Assembly: GCF_006345805.1 (NCBI RefSeq)
Contig: NC_043014.1
Coordinates: forward strand, 14,880,001-14,944,000
Direction: 5' to 3'
DNA from: Octopus sinensis
Lineage: Eukaryota
Length of the DNA: 64,000 nt
The notes beneath the pieces are model-generated. The model saw only the letters and a list, made by a program, of their open reading frames with translations, was not told the DNA's origin and searched no databases. The stretch's first letter is position 1, and the number at the start of each line of letters is the position of its first letter. Made by a program: the position numbers and the translations under genes. Below, piece after piece: positions 9,865 through 24,538 of the stretch.

Positions 9865-12718
9865 TTATATATATATATATCTTTATATATATTAATGAAA
9901 AATGTATTAAATAAACAACGATAGCTAAACAAAATGTAGACGTGGGACAGACACAGGAGGCCCTAATTCCTCATCAGTTATCGACCGAATATTAATACCC
10001 AGTTTTATGCCTTTTATGATAATACTGAGAACTTCGCATATCGGCGACACCCGCAAAATTTGCGGAGAATTAGGGTTTCGAACGAACAAATCGATACAGA
10101 GCGGACACAAGAAAGTAAACTAATGTAATTTAAGACGATTGACAAAGACGGAATAAATAGGTGGATGAGAAAAATACGGCCTTTCGGTTAAACAGGCAAA
10201 GGCGATGGGTAACGCCTGGAAGAAATCCTGAATGGAAATAGAAAGACGAATAGCAAGAGAAGAGATAGATATCGACCGGCTAGCTAAGCGTCCAGGGCGA
10301 ACAAGGCAGAAAAATGGGGAAAATTGGTCGTGGGTCACGTGTGAACGGTAGATAGAGGGGAAGGAGGATAAGAGAGAGGGAGAGAAAGCGGCAGCGAGAA
10401 CAGCGAAGGAGGAAGGGAAAATGTCTACGATTACAAGTGAAAGGACGTGTGTGTGTGTTTGTCTTCCGCCACTGCCTGGCAACTGGTGTAGGTGTGTTTC
10501 CGCGCCCGTAACTTAGCAGTTCGGCATCAGCACCCGATACAGTACTGGGGTAGATTCAATCGCCTAAAAATTCATCAAGGAGGTGCTCCAGCATGGCTGT
10601 AGTCTAACGACTGAAACAAGAAGAATAAAGGATATTTCTGACATCATTATTGATTAATGTCTAACTAACGATGAGGAAACCTCTACGAAGTCACCCGGAC
10701 TTTTAGAAATAATAATCAATTCTCCCTCAAGTCACACATTACTGTCTCAAAATATATCGATATCCTTTTATTTTCTGTTTCATTCATTTGACTGCGGCCA
10801 TGCTGGGGTACCATCTTGAAGGATTTAGTTGAACAAATTGACCCCAGTACTTGATTATTGTTTTAAACGTAGTACTTATTCTGTCGGTTTGCTTTTGTCG
10901 AGCTGCAAAGTTATGCAGACGTAAACAAACTAACATCAGTTTTGGGGGACAAACACAAACAGCCCCGACACACACACACCAGGCTTCTTTCATTTTCCGT
11001 TTCCCAAATTCAACTTACAAGAGTTTGGTTGGCCTCGGGCTATAGTAGAAGACACTTGCCCAAGGTGTCACGCAGTGGGACTGAACACGGAACCAGGTAG
11101 CTGGAAAGTAAACTTCTTACCCGACAGTCATACCTGCAGTAATTGTATCAGTTTTTATTTGCCGAATTGCTAAGTAATCCGGAAAATCTTTGAAACCAAG
11201 GGTTCTGGAAAATCTGTATCGTAGATGCATTGGAGTCAAATTGTTCGACTAAATCAGTGGTTCTCAGTTTTATGGGTTTATATATGACTCTTTGGGGTTC
11301 ATATAAAATTTAGTTTACTCTTTTACTTGTTTCAGTCATTTGACTGTAACCATGCTGGAGCACTGTCTTCAGTCGAGCAAATCGACCCCAGGATTTATTC
11401 TTTGTAAGCCTAGTACTTATTCTCTCGGCCTCTTTTGCCGAACCGCTAAGTTATAGGGACGTAAACATACCATTATCGGCTGTCAAGCGATGTTGTGGGG
11501 GGACAAACACAGACACACAAACATAAACACACACACATACATATATATATACATATATACGACGGGCTTCTTTCAGTTTCCGTCTATCAAATCCACTCAC
11601 AAGGCTTTGGTCAGCCCGAGGCTATAGCAGAAGACACTTGCCCAAGGTCCCACGCAGTGGTACTGAATACAAAGGGGTGGATAAGTAAAAGAAAAAAAAA
11701 TGGTTGAGAACCACTGGATTAAATCTTTTAATGCGGTGCTCCAGCATGGCCGCTGTCCAATGATTTTTGAATGAGTTGGTGATCTTCTTTCGCCCTTTTC
11801 AAGCCTAGTCAGGCTCATGGGCCTGGTTTCCCGATTTCTATGGCGTATGTGTTCCCCCCCCCCCAGTCCATCGCAGCGTTACTCAAGAAAGAGGAAGAAA
11901 GAGTGAGAGAAAGTTGGGCCGAAAGAGTACAACAGGAGTCGCCACCATCCCCTGCCGGAGCCTGGTGGAGCTTTTAGGTGTTTTCGCTCAATAAACACAC
12001 ACAACGCCCGGTCTGGGAATCGAAACCGCGAGTCCGCTGCCTTAATCACCGGGCCATTGCGCCTCCGCTCGAGTTGGTGATCACAAGAAGTAAATTCGTA
12101 GATTTTAACCGTTATAACATGTCTTAACTAATTAGGCTTTAATTAGATGTTGCACTGGACAGTCGATTTTGGCAGTTTTATCTCTTTTCCTGTCTGCGCT
12201 GAAATTGTATGCACATCATAGACGTTTACGATTGCACGCTATATCTAATTAATTTTAATTAGCTTACATTTGCGGTGGTCACTAAAATCTATGAAATTAC
12301 GCCATAGTGACGATTAGTATGTAAAAAAAAGATTACTAACGGCGTTGGTAATCTATTTAATTTATCTTATCTGTGACTATGCGGTAAGAAATTTGCTTCC
12401 CAACCTCATAATTACCGGTTCAGTCCCACTGCATGGCACGCAGAGTGAGCAAGTATCTTCTATTATAGTTTCGGGGCGATCAATGGGGTTGATTTGTTCG
12501 ACTAAACCCGGTGCCCCAGCATGACCGCAGTCTAATGACTGGAACAAGTAAAGGTTAAAAGTAAACGGTTGATAGTCGACTACACTCTTTCACAAAACGT
12601 CTGGCTTGGAACCTTCTCTGGACAATTCACAGCAGCTTTTGTCTAATTTCGCTACACAACAGTGCGCCGCCCTCTATGCTTGGATACGCGTAGTGTACAT
12701 ATGTGTGTGCGTGAGTGG

Positions 12719-12766
<48 letters not shown>

Positions 12767-14998
12767 AGCGGGTTTATTGCATTGAATTAGATTGGTTTAA
12801 TATATGTGCAGCACTTAGTTCTGTTAGTTTCTGTTCCATGCGTGGATAAGTTCCGTCGTTTTGGCTACGCATCTATTTACATATATTCTTTCTTTCTTTC
12901 TTTCTTTCCTCCCTTCTTTCTTTCTTTCTTTCTTTCTTTCCTTCCTTCTTCCTTTCTTTCTTTCTCCCCCCCTTTCTTTCTTTCTTTCTTTCTTTCTTTT
13001 GTCATCCCCGGAGGCGCTTGGTACAGGCATCAATTCTCTCTATTCAATTGCCGCACACACTGCACATCTCTATTTCTAGATCTTTATATTTGGATGCTTT
13101 CCCAATTTCTTTCGGAGATATGTCTATGTCCGTTGGAATTGATGCATAAACCTCAGCCAAAACAATGCACACTGCACAAGTCATGCCACTCTTCCAACAG
13201 CAAAATATCTTCACTCAAAATTTTTTTTTTTTTCAGTAAAAAATATTTGCATTCAACAAAAACGTTTTTTCCAATTTTTTATTTTTTCTAACAAGGTTGA
13301 ATAGTTCACTTTATTGAATCTCGAAGAAAAATTCTTTGAAACATCAATAGTTTGAAAAAGAAAACATTACAGTTGAAATTGTTTACACCTCGAAAAGTCC
13401 AATATTCTTTACAAAACTTCATTGATATCACGAGATGTATAAAATATTCTCAGATGAATATTCCCGATAAACTATTGAATCTTGGAAAGCATTTTTTGTC
13501 TTGCTGCTCTTTGATAATAATATCTCTGACTGATTTACTCTAATCTCTTTGACCGTTTATAATCTCAGGTATGGATGTGTGGGTAAGAAGCTGGCTTTGC
13601 AACCCTTCGATTTCGGGTTCAATCACACTAGGGCGTATCTTGGGCAACTGTCTTCTATTATAATCCCGGGCTGATCAATACTTTGTGAGTAAATTTGGTA
13701 GAAAGACACTTTGTAGAAAACCTTCATATATATGTATGTGCGTGAGAGAGAGAGAGAGAGAGAGAAGGAAGAGAAAGAGAGTGGGGGAGAGGAAGTCCTT
13801 GTGTTTGTTCCTCGCCATCGCTTGATAACCAGTGCTGGTTTGTTTATGTCCCTCTTTTCATGTTTGTTTATGTTCCTCTTTTCATTCTTCATTTTTCAAT
13901 TTCTCAATTTGTCAATTCTCCACGGTTTTCTCTTCATTGTTTTATTCTACCACCTTTCACCCTTAGGCTTTGGTTTCTCCTCCTCCTACCTGTTCATTCT
14001 TTCCTCCTAGCTTAACTTTACTCCTCTTAGCGTAGCACACATTCTCACCATCCTACTACGGTGTCACCCAGTCTCATCTCTCTGTACTGGATCTTTAAAA
14101 AGTAAATACTGAATTTGATTTGTTCGACTAAACCCTTCAATAAAGTGCCCCAGCAAGGCCGTAATTTAATGACTAAGGCAAGCAAAAGAAAAAATATAAC
14201 AATCATATACCAGAGTATGTCTACTTTGTCATTCTCTGGGTCCTCTTTTTGCGTGTGTTTGCAACATCCCCTTTTCTGATTGTATTCCGAGTTCGATTCC
14301 AGGCAGTGACCTGAATAATAACACACTGAGTAACACACTCCTGACATAATTTATGCAACGAATATAAATACGTAACGGCTTTAGTTGAAAATATATCCTT
14401 TATACCCAATCCTAATGGCCATTGATATCAATGAAGTTTTTTATTTTCATTCGTTGTTTCATATTTGAGAATAAAATATCCAACACCTCCTTAAGAAACA
14501 ACACAACAAAATATTGCGTAACGAAGCTGCCAGTCAGGTAGCCAAGCCTATTTTAGAATACGAACAACCAAGATATATAAGCTTGCATTTTTTCAAAGAA
14601 AGTAATATGACCCCAAACCCATTTTGAATACTCACAGTTAAAACAAAGAAGCAACTATATTATTGTAGACAGTACAAACAGATCCACTCACTAATTCAGA
14701 TAACGAAATAAAAATACTCCAAATGAAAAATCCCCTGGACATGTGAGAAGCACAATTTGTCACCGTGGGTGGCGCCAGCCATTATATGTACAGTCACGCT
14801 CAAAATATCCAGGCATGTCTCTAACACCTCACACAACACTTCTATAATAGGAAGAGCTAATAAGGATTCCAACTATAAATATACACCAAGATCATATTCC
14901 ACTGTCTTGAAAATAGGCAGACACGCATTAGATGACGTAGTCCTATATACTCTCTGCTGAAAAAGGTGGAATGGTCATCGTTGGAATGTCTTTAATAA

Positions 14999-16020
14999 CA
15001 CTGGGTAGCATTTTTGAAAATAATTTTAGTTACCTTGCTTTTTACAATTAATCCTACCTAATTTGATGCTGCTGGGGTCAAAAATACCCCCCAGAAATTT
15101 CTATCATATCAAGTTTTTTGTTAAACAGGTATTCATTTTTTTCCTCAAAAATGTCAATTTTGTCATTAAATGCAACACTAAATAAGAAACTAACACAATC
15201 CCGATAGTACTTTTATTGTTTAACAAATATATTATATATACAAATCTTTAATTACACATCTTAGAATAGATATTTCTGTCAAACTGGACTTTCATGTACT
15301 CAAGGAATGAACATTCTCTTTGCTGCTTTATGTGAATAAACTGCCTCATGACAGTCCCTTTACGGTGACCTACAGCAGACAGCATCATGTTGGTGTTCCA
15401 CCGACCTTCATACCTAGTCTCCATGTTCTCGATGTCTTGGTTGAATCCTTCTCCTTGCCCATCACTTATTGCTTTATGGTTTTCAAGGAAGTAGTCCAGA
15501 TGACGTCAGGAAATACACATTTACTCTCACGTTGCAGCACAGTGCTCGAAAATTGCTTAAAAGGGTCTGCACAAGATCTTCATAGTTTGATGACTTCCTG
15601 TTTCCCAGGAAATCAGACACAACTGCAGCAAAAGCATCCCGTGATTCTTTTTCAATGCCAGACATGGTCTCCAAAAATAGCTGGTCCTGAAATAGCAACC
15701 GACTATGTGGCCCATCAAACACACCAACCTTAATTTTCTTACAAGACAAAACTGGAAACTTTTTGCTTAAGCATTTGAAGCAGTCACTGTTGCATTGTTT
15801 CAAGACATGTTTTGTACACTATATGGGGCGCCCAGGCTTTGTCTTGTCGCCCAGTTTCATGCTAAACTAAGTAAGGAAGTAAGGTAAGCTTTCTTCACAA
15901 AATCTGTGATTTTATTTCACTGCCTAATCTAGAAATAAGCAGAAGACATCGGAGCTGTTTTTACACTTACATTTCTGAAACACAAAACATATTCAAGCCA
16001 GTTGTCGTCTGGGGAAAGCG
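14999..16020 (-). mobile_element. Chapaev3-like (CMC) DNA transposon relic, 3' part
   Basis: Frameshifted peptide KIKVGVFDGP...DFLGNRKSSNYEDLV...CCNVRVNVYFL/HLDYFLENHKAISDGQGEGFNQDIENMETRYEGRW. A terminus TAA|CACTGGG lies at 14999, and the other TIR was not seen. The family assignment is from recalled motif similarity. Confidence 0.65.
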
Positions 16021-16506
16021 TTTCCAGAATAGTCAACAGCTATAATGAAAAAAAAAATAATCTTTTACTTGTTTCAGTCATTTGACTGTGGAGCACCGCC
16101 TTTAGTCGAGCAAATAGACCCCAAGACATATTCTTTGCAAGCCTAGTACTTATTCTATCGGTCTCTTTTGCCGAACCGCTAAGCGACGGGGATGTAAACA
16201 CACCAGCATCGGTTGTCAAGCGATGTTGGGAGGGGGGACACAGACACACAAATATATACATACATATATATATATATACATATATACGACGAGCTTCTTT
16301 CAGTTTCCATCTACCAAATCCACTCACAAGGCTTTGGTCTGTCCGAGGCTATAGTAGAAGACACTTGCCCAAGGTGCCACGCAGTGGGACTGAACCCGGA
16401 ACCATGTGGTTGGTAAGCAGGCTACTTACCACACAGCTACTCCGATGCCTATAATAATTATTTTAGTTATAATTATTTTAGTTATATAGTCCATCTTAAT
16501 ATACTG

Positions 16507-16830
16507 TGAAGGCACGTGGCTTAGTGGTTAGGGTATTGGGCTCCACTATCGTAAGTTCATGAGTTCGATTCGCTGCGGTTCGTTGTGTCCTTGAGCAATA
16601 CACTTTATTTCACGTTGCACCAGCCCACTCAGTTACCAAAAATGTGTTGTACCTGTAATTGAAAGAACCGGCCTTGTCACATTCTCTGTCACGCTCAATC
16701 TCCCCGAGTCCTACGTTAAGTGTACAAGCGCCTGTGGAATACACAGCCACGTGTACGTTAATTTCATGATCAGGCTATTCCGCTGATCGGATCAACTGGA
16801 ACCCTTGTCGTCGCAACCGACGGAGCACCA
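16507..16830 (+). mobile_element. tRNA-derived SINE family B
   Basis: A box TGGCTTAGTGG, B box GAGTTCGATTC, and a body ending GTCGTCGCAACCGACGGAG. A near-identical copy lies at 28244-28562, and copies with related heads at ~493, 11810-12070, 19350-19580, 53915 and 54690-55015. Confidence 0.8.
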
Positions 16831-16840
16831 GTTTATATAC

Positions 16841-17040
16841 TCCATTTTTGACTAATCCTGGATATCTAGAAATATGATAATTGGTTGTTTCTTGGGAGTT
16901 TCTACATATTCTGAACTTTAATTTTCGCTCTCATCTTCATGATATGTTTTGCGAAATTTCTGGTGAGAATGCTTTGATCTTTTACTGCTATCAAAATCTC
17001 TGCTTTATTATCTTTTTTGGGTAATTTCAGGTGAGAGCCT
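16841..17040 (-). mobile_element. Short fragment of the same R4/Dong-like LINE family
   Basis: AEILIAVKDQSILTRNFAKHIMK matches the LIAVQDQSL segment of the 20-21 kb copy. Confidence 0.55.
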
Positions 17041-17154
17041 TTCGTTCTTGTGCTGCGATCAAAACGCAATCTTTTTTTTTGTATTCTGTTCATGTTTTGT
17101 AATTTTTGGTATTAATTTTCTATACCATGTATTTTTCTACTATTTCCATGAATT

Positions 17155-17213
17155 TTTCTTCTTCTTCTTCTTCTTCTTCTTCTTCTTCTTCTTCTTCTTC
17201 TTCTTCTTCTTCT

Positions 17214-17294
<81 letters not shown>

Positions 17295-17303
17295 TATTAT
17301 TAT
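17155..17303. repeat. Compound trinucleotide microsatellite (CTT)n(GTT)n(ATT)n
   Basis: Direct reading. It explains the poly-F/L/Y/N ORFs. Confidence 0.95.
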
Positions 17304-17754
17304 TGAGTGAAAGAACAGTACATGCCATCAAAGTAACACTGAGGTACAAATATACAAAACCCAATATACCCATCATGACTACCAGTCTGATAAGGGTGCA
17401 CAAGGCTCATGCATCACAACCATATGTGCGTGACAAGGCGATCTCATATCAAGATAACGCATGGCCTTGCAGGTAGGACCCAGTTAGAATTTTCTTCAGG
17501 TCCAGTACCCCGTTCCACTCAAAAGATTTCCTGAATAAGGTTTGTTTAAGGATGGTGAACAAAACATCCATGTTTCCAGAGGTGAATTATTCAAAGAATT
17601 TCTCTCAACACTTGGCTATGATGCTCTCCCACTACTTCTGCTCGTGATTAGAAATGCACATATCGTCAGCCACTAAGAGACATGCTCAAGTGGTTATGGT
17701 CAAGTAACCAACAAGCAAATCTGTGGTATTGAGGAGAATATTTGCTGTAGCCCA
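17300..17754 (-). mobile_element. AAT-tailed retroelement 3' fragment, family copy 1
   Basis: About 450 bp of homology to 52985-53425 and partial homology to 45740-45860. This copy and the 45.7-kb copy abut (ATT)n tracts. Confidence 0.6.
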
Positions 17755-18752
17755 AGACGCTCACAGCCCTCTACCCGTCGGGTAATGGGATCGGTGGATG
17801 TTCCGCTTTAGAAATTTATAGAGGATTAGTGGTGGGGAAGTGCGACGACGTTCTTGGGGAGACTCTGGCACCGACGAGAATGAACTGGATAGCCTGTTCC
17901 GGATGATTTTCGGTTAAGGAACTATCATGGATAATTTCCAAATGTCCTTGGCCTGGCAGTGCTAGAAGAGGGCGCGGATACAGGTTCGAGATAAACTCTA
18001 CAGGCACGGATGTGCTGTCAAGCGGGCTTGTCTGATATGCGCGCAGAATAACGAAACCGTTCTGCACTCCCTCGTTCAGTGTCCGGGCATTGCTGACTTG
18101 TGGGGTTACGTCGAACAGATGCTGTCACGTGTGGCACGGATCCGTTTGTTGGCCGAGTCTTTAGTGATGATCACCCCGCCACCCTCCTTCAGTCGGGCAG
18201 GCAAGGCAGTTTTCCTTTGCCTGGTGGTTGTGGCGAAAGAGGTTGTTTGGTGGACAAGGCTGAAAGGCATGAGGACAGATACATTCCTCTTTGGTAGAGC
18301 TCTCATTGACTTCTTCAAGTTTCACTTGAAAACGGAATTGAGGGTAGAGAGGGAAGTGGTGTCCTCGAGTGAGTTTATTAAAAGGTGAGTGAAAGTTGCG
18401 AAAATGGCAAGAGTGGATGGTACCTCTCTAAGTGTAGACCTGTGAGTCGGAGAGAAGGAATTGGAGAGGGCACTTTCTCCTGGAGTTTCAGGGAAATTTC
18501 GGACAGTGGGATTCCTCGATTGTCCCTAGAGGTCTTCCTGTATCAGGACGGCCACATCTTTATCATCCTCCCCGCCACCTTTTTTTAAACCTTTGTGTGC
18601 TATGCATGTGTCCTTACTTTTTCAGTGTCTACCGTGTACACTTTCTTTCTTACCTTTTTCTTTTATCATTTCATTATATGTAAACCCCTACACTTTATGT
18701 CTTTGCACTGTCCCTCTCATCCTTCGCCCTTGTGGCAAATAAATAAATAAAA
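17755..18752 (+). mobile_element. 3' end of a Tx1/L1-clade LINE (C-terminal Zn-binding region, 3' UTR, AAAT tail)
   Basis: The frame from 17927 reads QVRDKLYRHGCAVKRACLICAQNNETVLHSLVQCPGIADLWGYVEQ...AKEVVWWTR with internal stops, and ends in an (AAAT)n tail. Confidence 0.75.
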
Positions 18753-18778
18753 TCATCATCATCATCATCATCATCATA

Positions 18779-18843
<65 letters not shown>

Positions 18844-19609
18844 CATTATTGGAGATTTTTGCAGTCATTTTCGTACGTTTGAAAACCGTGTCATTCAATG
18901 TCGCGAAAATAATTAGCGCCATGAAGTTAATCATTCAAATTCGTTTTTCGATCATTCAGTTTCGTACTTCGGTCAAAGAATTTAGCATTTACATCATTCA
19001 AATCAAAACACCCGTCGAGAGCATTCCAATTAGTCGGAATGCGAGGAAGTGTCTTGTCGAGCATTCGAATTCGCACGTGAGCATTCAAGTTCGGAATAAG
19101 TTTATTTAATTTTGCACTCATTTTAAATGTATGTTTTTACTTACATTGGAAGAAGTGAATGTTACAAATGAAAAATTTAGATGACGTGTTTTGTCGCGCA
19201 AATTTTATTATGTTGTTATAGATACAAGGAAGAACTAAATTATGTGATTCTTCTCTCCACAAAAAGTAATTTTCATTGAAACATTCGTAACCGGTCGGTA
19301 TCAGTTGCATTTTATATTCTTTTCTCTTATAATAATAAATAATAAATGCGCCAGTTTAAAGCCTAACCGGGCTCATGGGCCGGTTTCCAGGTTTCTATGG
19401 CATATGTGTTCCCCAGCTGAACGGGACGCCAGCGTTACTCATTTTTGCAGCTGAGTGGACTGGAGCAACGTGAAATGAAGTGTTTTGCTCAAGAACACAA
19501 CGCGTCGCCCGGTTCAGGAATCAAAACCACAATCTTTCGATTATGATGCTGACACCCTAACCACTAAGCCACGCGCCTCTACCCTTTTCTCTTATACCAA
19601 CTTGTAATT

Positions 19610-19950
19610 ATGGAGCCACGCAAAAGGTACATGCGTATATCGGACGAAGATAGGGCAACGCTGGTTGATGCCTTCGAGGAGAATCAAACTGATTATCTGC
19701 AAATGACAGACACACTTGGTATTAAAAGGAATACTGCCCGATCCATGGTAGTGACCTGTTTACAGTCTGGGAGGCGCCACAAGTTGTCCAAAGGAGGTGC
19801 CAACCACGTTAAGGTTGATGAAGAAATGCGAATAATTGATACGAACGAACTCGCAACCTTTCAACAGATGAAGAGGGACTTAGAGGCAGCATTGCCCGGA
19901 AATCTGCCTGTTTCCGTATCTGCAATCTCACGGGCTCTAGATGGGAATTA
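19610..19950 (+). mobile_element. N-terminal HTH region of a Tc1/IS630-like transposase (fragment)
   Basis: MEPRKRYMRISDEDRATLVDAFE...LGIKRNTARSMV...GG..HVKVDEEM...VSVSAISRAL is a paired-HTH pattern. No DDE domain follows. Confidence 0.6.
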
Positions 19951-20259
19951 CAACCTTTACAAACTTCATATTCCAAATTCTCGCAACCTCAAATTTCAAG
20001 GAATTGTATTTTTAAAACTTTTCCTCTTTCTTCATTATCCTGGAATCAAACAGGTATAATGGATCAATTAGTAAACATATTCACCTTGCCTTGACTCTTA
20101 TTGTTATATCTAACTTGTTATTTTCTATTTTTTTATCCGTTTGAATTAGAAAGTCTCATAAAATCTTCCATTTTTCGGCTCAAGTACTCTTTTACACAGG
20201 ATTATATCTTTCAGAAGTCACCGTTCATCTTCAGTTGTTTTCTGTCTCTATTTTGCAAT

Positions 20260-21300
20260 TCAGTAGTCTTGTTTTTATCACATGCTTGCGCTGCACTACT
20301 GAGCACAGCCCTGTGTGTCTTGAATATGTGCTGTGGTTTGTTTTGGTATAATTATTTTTACTGTGTTGAAAGTGTTTTACGTAGGATGTGTGTGCTATTT
20401 TCTGTATGTTTTTAACCATCCCTAATGCACCTATTATTATAGGAACTATTTCTGTTTTCAGGCTCCACATTCGAGGTATCTCTATTTCCAAGTCTTTGTG
20501 TTTCGAGAGTTTCTTTTTCTTTTAGCTATACATTGTCATCTGTTGGGACTTATATGACGATTAGAAGGTATCTGTTTCTTGGTTGTCCCTGATAACAATA
20601 TCTGGTCTATTAACTTTGATCTCTGTGCGTATTGGCATATACCAGAGTATGGTTGCTTTGTCATTTTCTGAAGCCCTTTCAGAGATATGCTTATACCATT
20701 TTTTCAGCTTCCAGTGTATATACGTTCCAACTGCCGTGTCTGTGGATATGTTTCTTCTTAGTTAGGATTAGGCAGCCATGATTTATTGTTTCTTCCCCAT
20801 CTGCAGTTACTCGTTGTATTTTTCTTCATTATGTGTTTTTGGTGGTTTCTGTTGGGAGGCTCTGATCTTGAACTGCAATTAAAAATCCTCAAGTCTCTAC
20901 TTTGAGTCCTGAGCTTCTTAACCATTGCTGGAATTTTATTTTGTCGATTTCTTTTCTGTTTAATTTATCCAAGTATTTGCTACGTAAAGGATTATCTTGC
21001 CATCGTTTAATCATGGTATTTCGTTGTTCCAGTTTTAGCTTAGATTTTTAGTTGCTTTACAGCTTTTGTTGTTTCTTCTTTTTCTTCATAGCTATCTGGT
21101 ATTATGTCCTCTTTCTTGCATTTTCCAGCTTCCTTGAAGACCCAAAACAGTTTTTTGTTTTGCTCATAATTTGCGGTTATTTGTATCAATTTTCCTTGGC
21201 TCTAATTTGGATATTTCTGTAATCCTATGGTGGGTATTTTATAGTAATTCTCTTGTTGTATAAGGCTTCCATCAATTTCAGTTCATTGTGTATCAAACCT
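20260..21300 (-). mobile_element. R4/Dong-like RLE non-LTR retrotransposon 3' fragment
   Basis: Degenerate peptides WLRSSGLKVET*GFLIAVQDQSL, NRPDIVIRD (PD-D endonuclease motif) and EIEIPRMWSLKTEIVPIIIGALGMVK. Confidence 0.75.
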
Positions 21301-21305
21301 TTCTA

Positions 21306-21351
<46 letters not shown>

Positions 21352-21614
21352 GGCAGAGTCGTTAGCATACCGGGTAAAATGCTTAGCGGTATTTCGTCTG
21401 TCTTTATGTTCTGAGTTCAAATTCCGCCGAGGTCAACTTTTCCTTTCATCCTTTCGGGACCGATAAATTAAGTACCAGTGAAACATTAGGGTCAAAGTAA
21501 TCGACTCGTCTCCTCCCCCAAAATTTCCGGCTTTGTGCCTTTAGTAGAAAGGATTATTATTATTATTATTGTTGTTGTTGTGTTGTTGTTGTTGTTATTA
21601 TTATTATTATTATT

Positions 21615-21800
21615 AAGTAGTTTTATTCTTATATCGTGCTTTCACTTCACTACCGAGCGCAGCTCTGTGTGCCTTGGGTATGTGTTGTGATTTGTTGTGA
21701 TACTCTTATGGTTACTGTATTGAAAGTGTTTTGCGTAGGATGTGTGCAGTGCCCAGCAGTGCAATTTTCTGCATGTTATATATATTTGTAAGTCCTGGTG
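21615..21800 (-). mobile_element. 3' terminus of an R4/Dong-like LINE with AAT tail
   Basis: Reads PGLTNIYNMQKIALLGTAHILRKTLSIQ* and has a 3' UTR similar to 20260-20400, followed by (AAT)n. Confidence 0.65.
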
Positions 21801-21836
21801 TTTTTGTTATGTATTTGCCTGAATTTTTTTTTATCA

Positions 21837-21892
<56 letters not shown>

Positions 21893-21906
21893 TATTATTA
21901 TTATTT

Positions 21907-21942
<36 letters not shown>

Positions 21943-22484
21943 TAAGACCGCATGTAAGGTGGAGTGTTATTCCATCGAATCTACTCCAGTACATGACTGG
22001 TATTTATTCTATAAACCCCAGAGACAACCAGAAAGCAAAACAAAGCAAATCAGAACAAAATAAACGAAATTAACTGTTGGGAATTACCTTCCTTTATCTG
22101 GAATCGACTTCATTGCTTTCTCTCGTTTACTTAATCACAACGGAAACTAAACAAGACACGATGCTGGAATGCTTAATTCCTAATTCCCACACCACAACCG
22201 TCGCATCGCTCCTGATCTAATCATTTTATCACTAGATTGTGGCGGCAGCTTTGGATGAATTAAAAAGATTGATGGGCCAGCTGCCTCGAGGTGGATATTT
22301 ATTTAGTATCACTATCAACTGTTATCTCAATGTTTGACTTAATGTTGAAATTGCTGTTTGGGACGAAACGGTTTTAGAGCGAGCGGTTTCCAGAGAAAAG
22401 TGTGAGTGAGAGAGACAAATGCAGATTGTGATGGGCGGGAAGGAAAAAGAACAGGAAGACGAACATGCAGATACACACACACAC

Positions 22485-22527
<43 letters not shown>

Positions 22528-22593
22528 CATGTGTGTGTATTCATATATATTTATATGTCTATACATACACGCATAAATGTATATATAGATTCA

Positions 22594-22642
<49 letters not shown>

Positions 22643-22671
22643 ATATATTATATATAAGCGTGTCTGTGTAT

Positions 22672-22758
<87 letters not shown>

Positions 22759-23071
22759 CAGCCATGGAGAAGGTGGAATTGAGCGAGTAAAGCTGTGGTT
22801 TTATTGGTATAAAGTCCTTAACACTCGTATAACCGATGCTCCGGTTATACTTAGTAATATTTACACCAGAATCGTCAGTCTTTATGTTCTGAGTTCAAAT
22901 TCCGCCAAGGTCGACTTTGCCTTTCATCCCTTCGAGGTCGATAAATTAAGTACCAGTTGCGTACTGCGGTCGATTTAATCGACTGGCCACCTCCCCCAAA
23001 ATTTCGGGCCTTGTGCCTAAAGTAGAAAAGAACATTTACAGCAGACACAAACTACTACTACTACTACTACA

Positions 23072-23122
<51 letters not shown>

Positions 23123-24538
23123 GCTGCTGCTAGCTCCTCGTTAACCTTGACGGAGACCTTTCAGGCATGTCAATCCCGGCTTTATTTTTCAAAAAGTTTA
23201 GCAGTTTCAGTAAGGCTCTTTAATGGCATCTAAGTATATTACTTCAGAAAGGTATCCAATGGTATTTGTAGTAGTTGTTTTTTTTAAGAATATTCGATCT
23301 AAACTAACCTTTAATGGATGCAAAGTGCTATAAACTGAGAAAGTATGCGTTCTTGCCGTTAGTCATTTATTATTTATCAGGTGAGCATAGGTGATTAGCT
23401 GGCTGAATTGTAACCGCGCCCGGCAAAATATTTAGTGGTATTTCTTCTTGCTTTTAACGTTTTTGTGCTCAAATATCACCGTCGTCGACTTTGTATTTCG
23501 TCCTTTCGAGCTCGATAAAATAAGTTTGTTAAGCAGTGATGGGGGAGGGGGGATAAACACAGACACAAAGCCTCACACACACACATACATACATACATAC
23601 ATATACATATATATATATATATATATACGATAGGCTTTTTTCTCTTTCCGTCGACCAAATCGACTCACAAGGCTTTAGTTAGCCTGAGGTTATAGTAGAA
23701 GACAATTGCCCAAGGTGTAACGCAGCGGAACTGAACCCGGAACCATCTGGTTGTGAAGGAAGCTTCTTACCACACGACCACGCCTGCGCCTAATTAATAC
23801 GGAAAGTATTTTTGTCATAGTGTCTTATGGTTTTTATTTTATTTTTATCTATTTATTTATTTTGGTCGCTCTTTTCTTTCTATACAACACTTCTTTTACC
23901 TTTTAACTTTTACTTGTTTTAGTCAGACTGCGGCCATGCTGGGGCACCACCTTGAAGGATTTTTAGCCGAATGAATCGACCCCAGCACTTAATTTTCTTT
24001 TTAAGCGTGGTACTTACCCCACCGGTATCTTTTTGCTGAACCGCTAAGTTACGGGGGGCGTCAACCCACCAACATCGATTGTCAAGTGGTGGGTGGGGGA
24101 CAAACACAGACACGAACACACTCACACACACACACACGACGGACTTCTTTCAGTTTGCTTCTATCACATCCACGCACAGGGCTTTGGTCAGCCCGAGGCT
24201 ATAGTAGAAGACACTTGTTCAAGGTGCCACGCAGTGGAACTGAACCCAGGACCATGTGGTTGGGAAACAAACTTCTTATCACACAACCATGCTTTGTTTA
24301 TCGTTTTTAGAATTTCAATAAAGTGTGCTTCTTTTCAGATATACGACGATGGAGTGCCAAATAAAAAAATAAAAACAGCGAATTTATTTGGCGACCCAAT
24401 ATTTTCAAAATATTTTGTAGTCATATCTGAAATAATGTTTGTAGTTTGAGAGAAAAAAAGGGCAGTGAGCTGGCAGAATCATTAACACAACGGACAAAAT
24501 GTTTAGCGGCATTTCGTCCGTCTTTACGTTCCGAGTTC

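Noticed and set aside
16507-16580. tRNA genes at SINE heads (A and B boxes)
   Set aside because: The cloverleaves are incomplete and each continues into a multi-copy SINE body.
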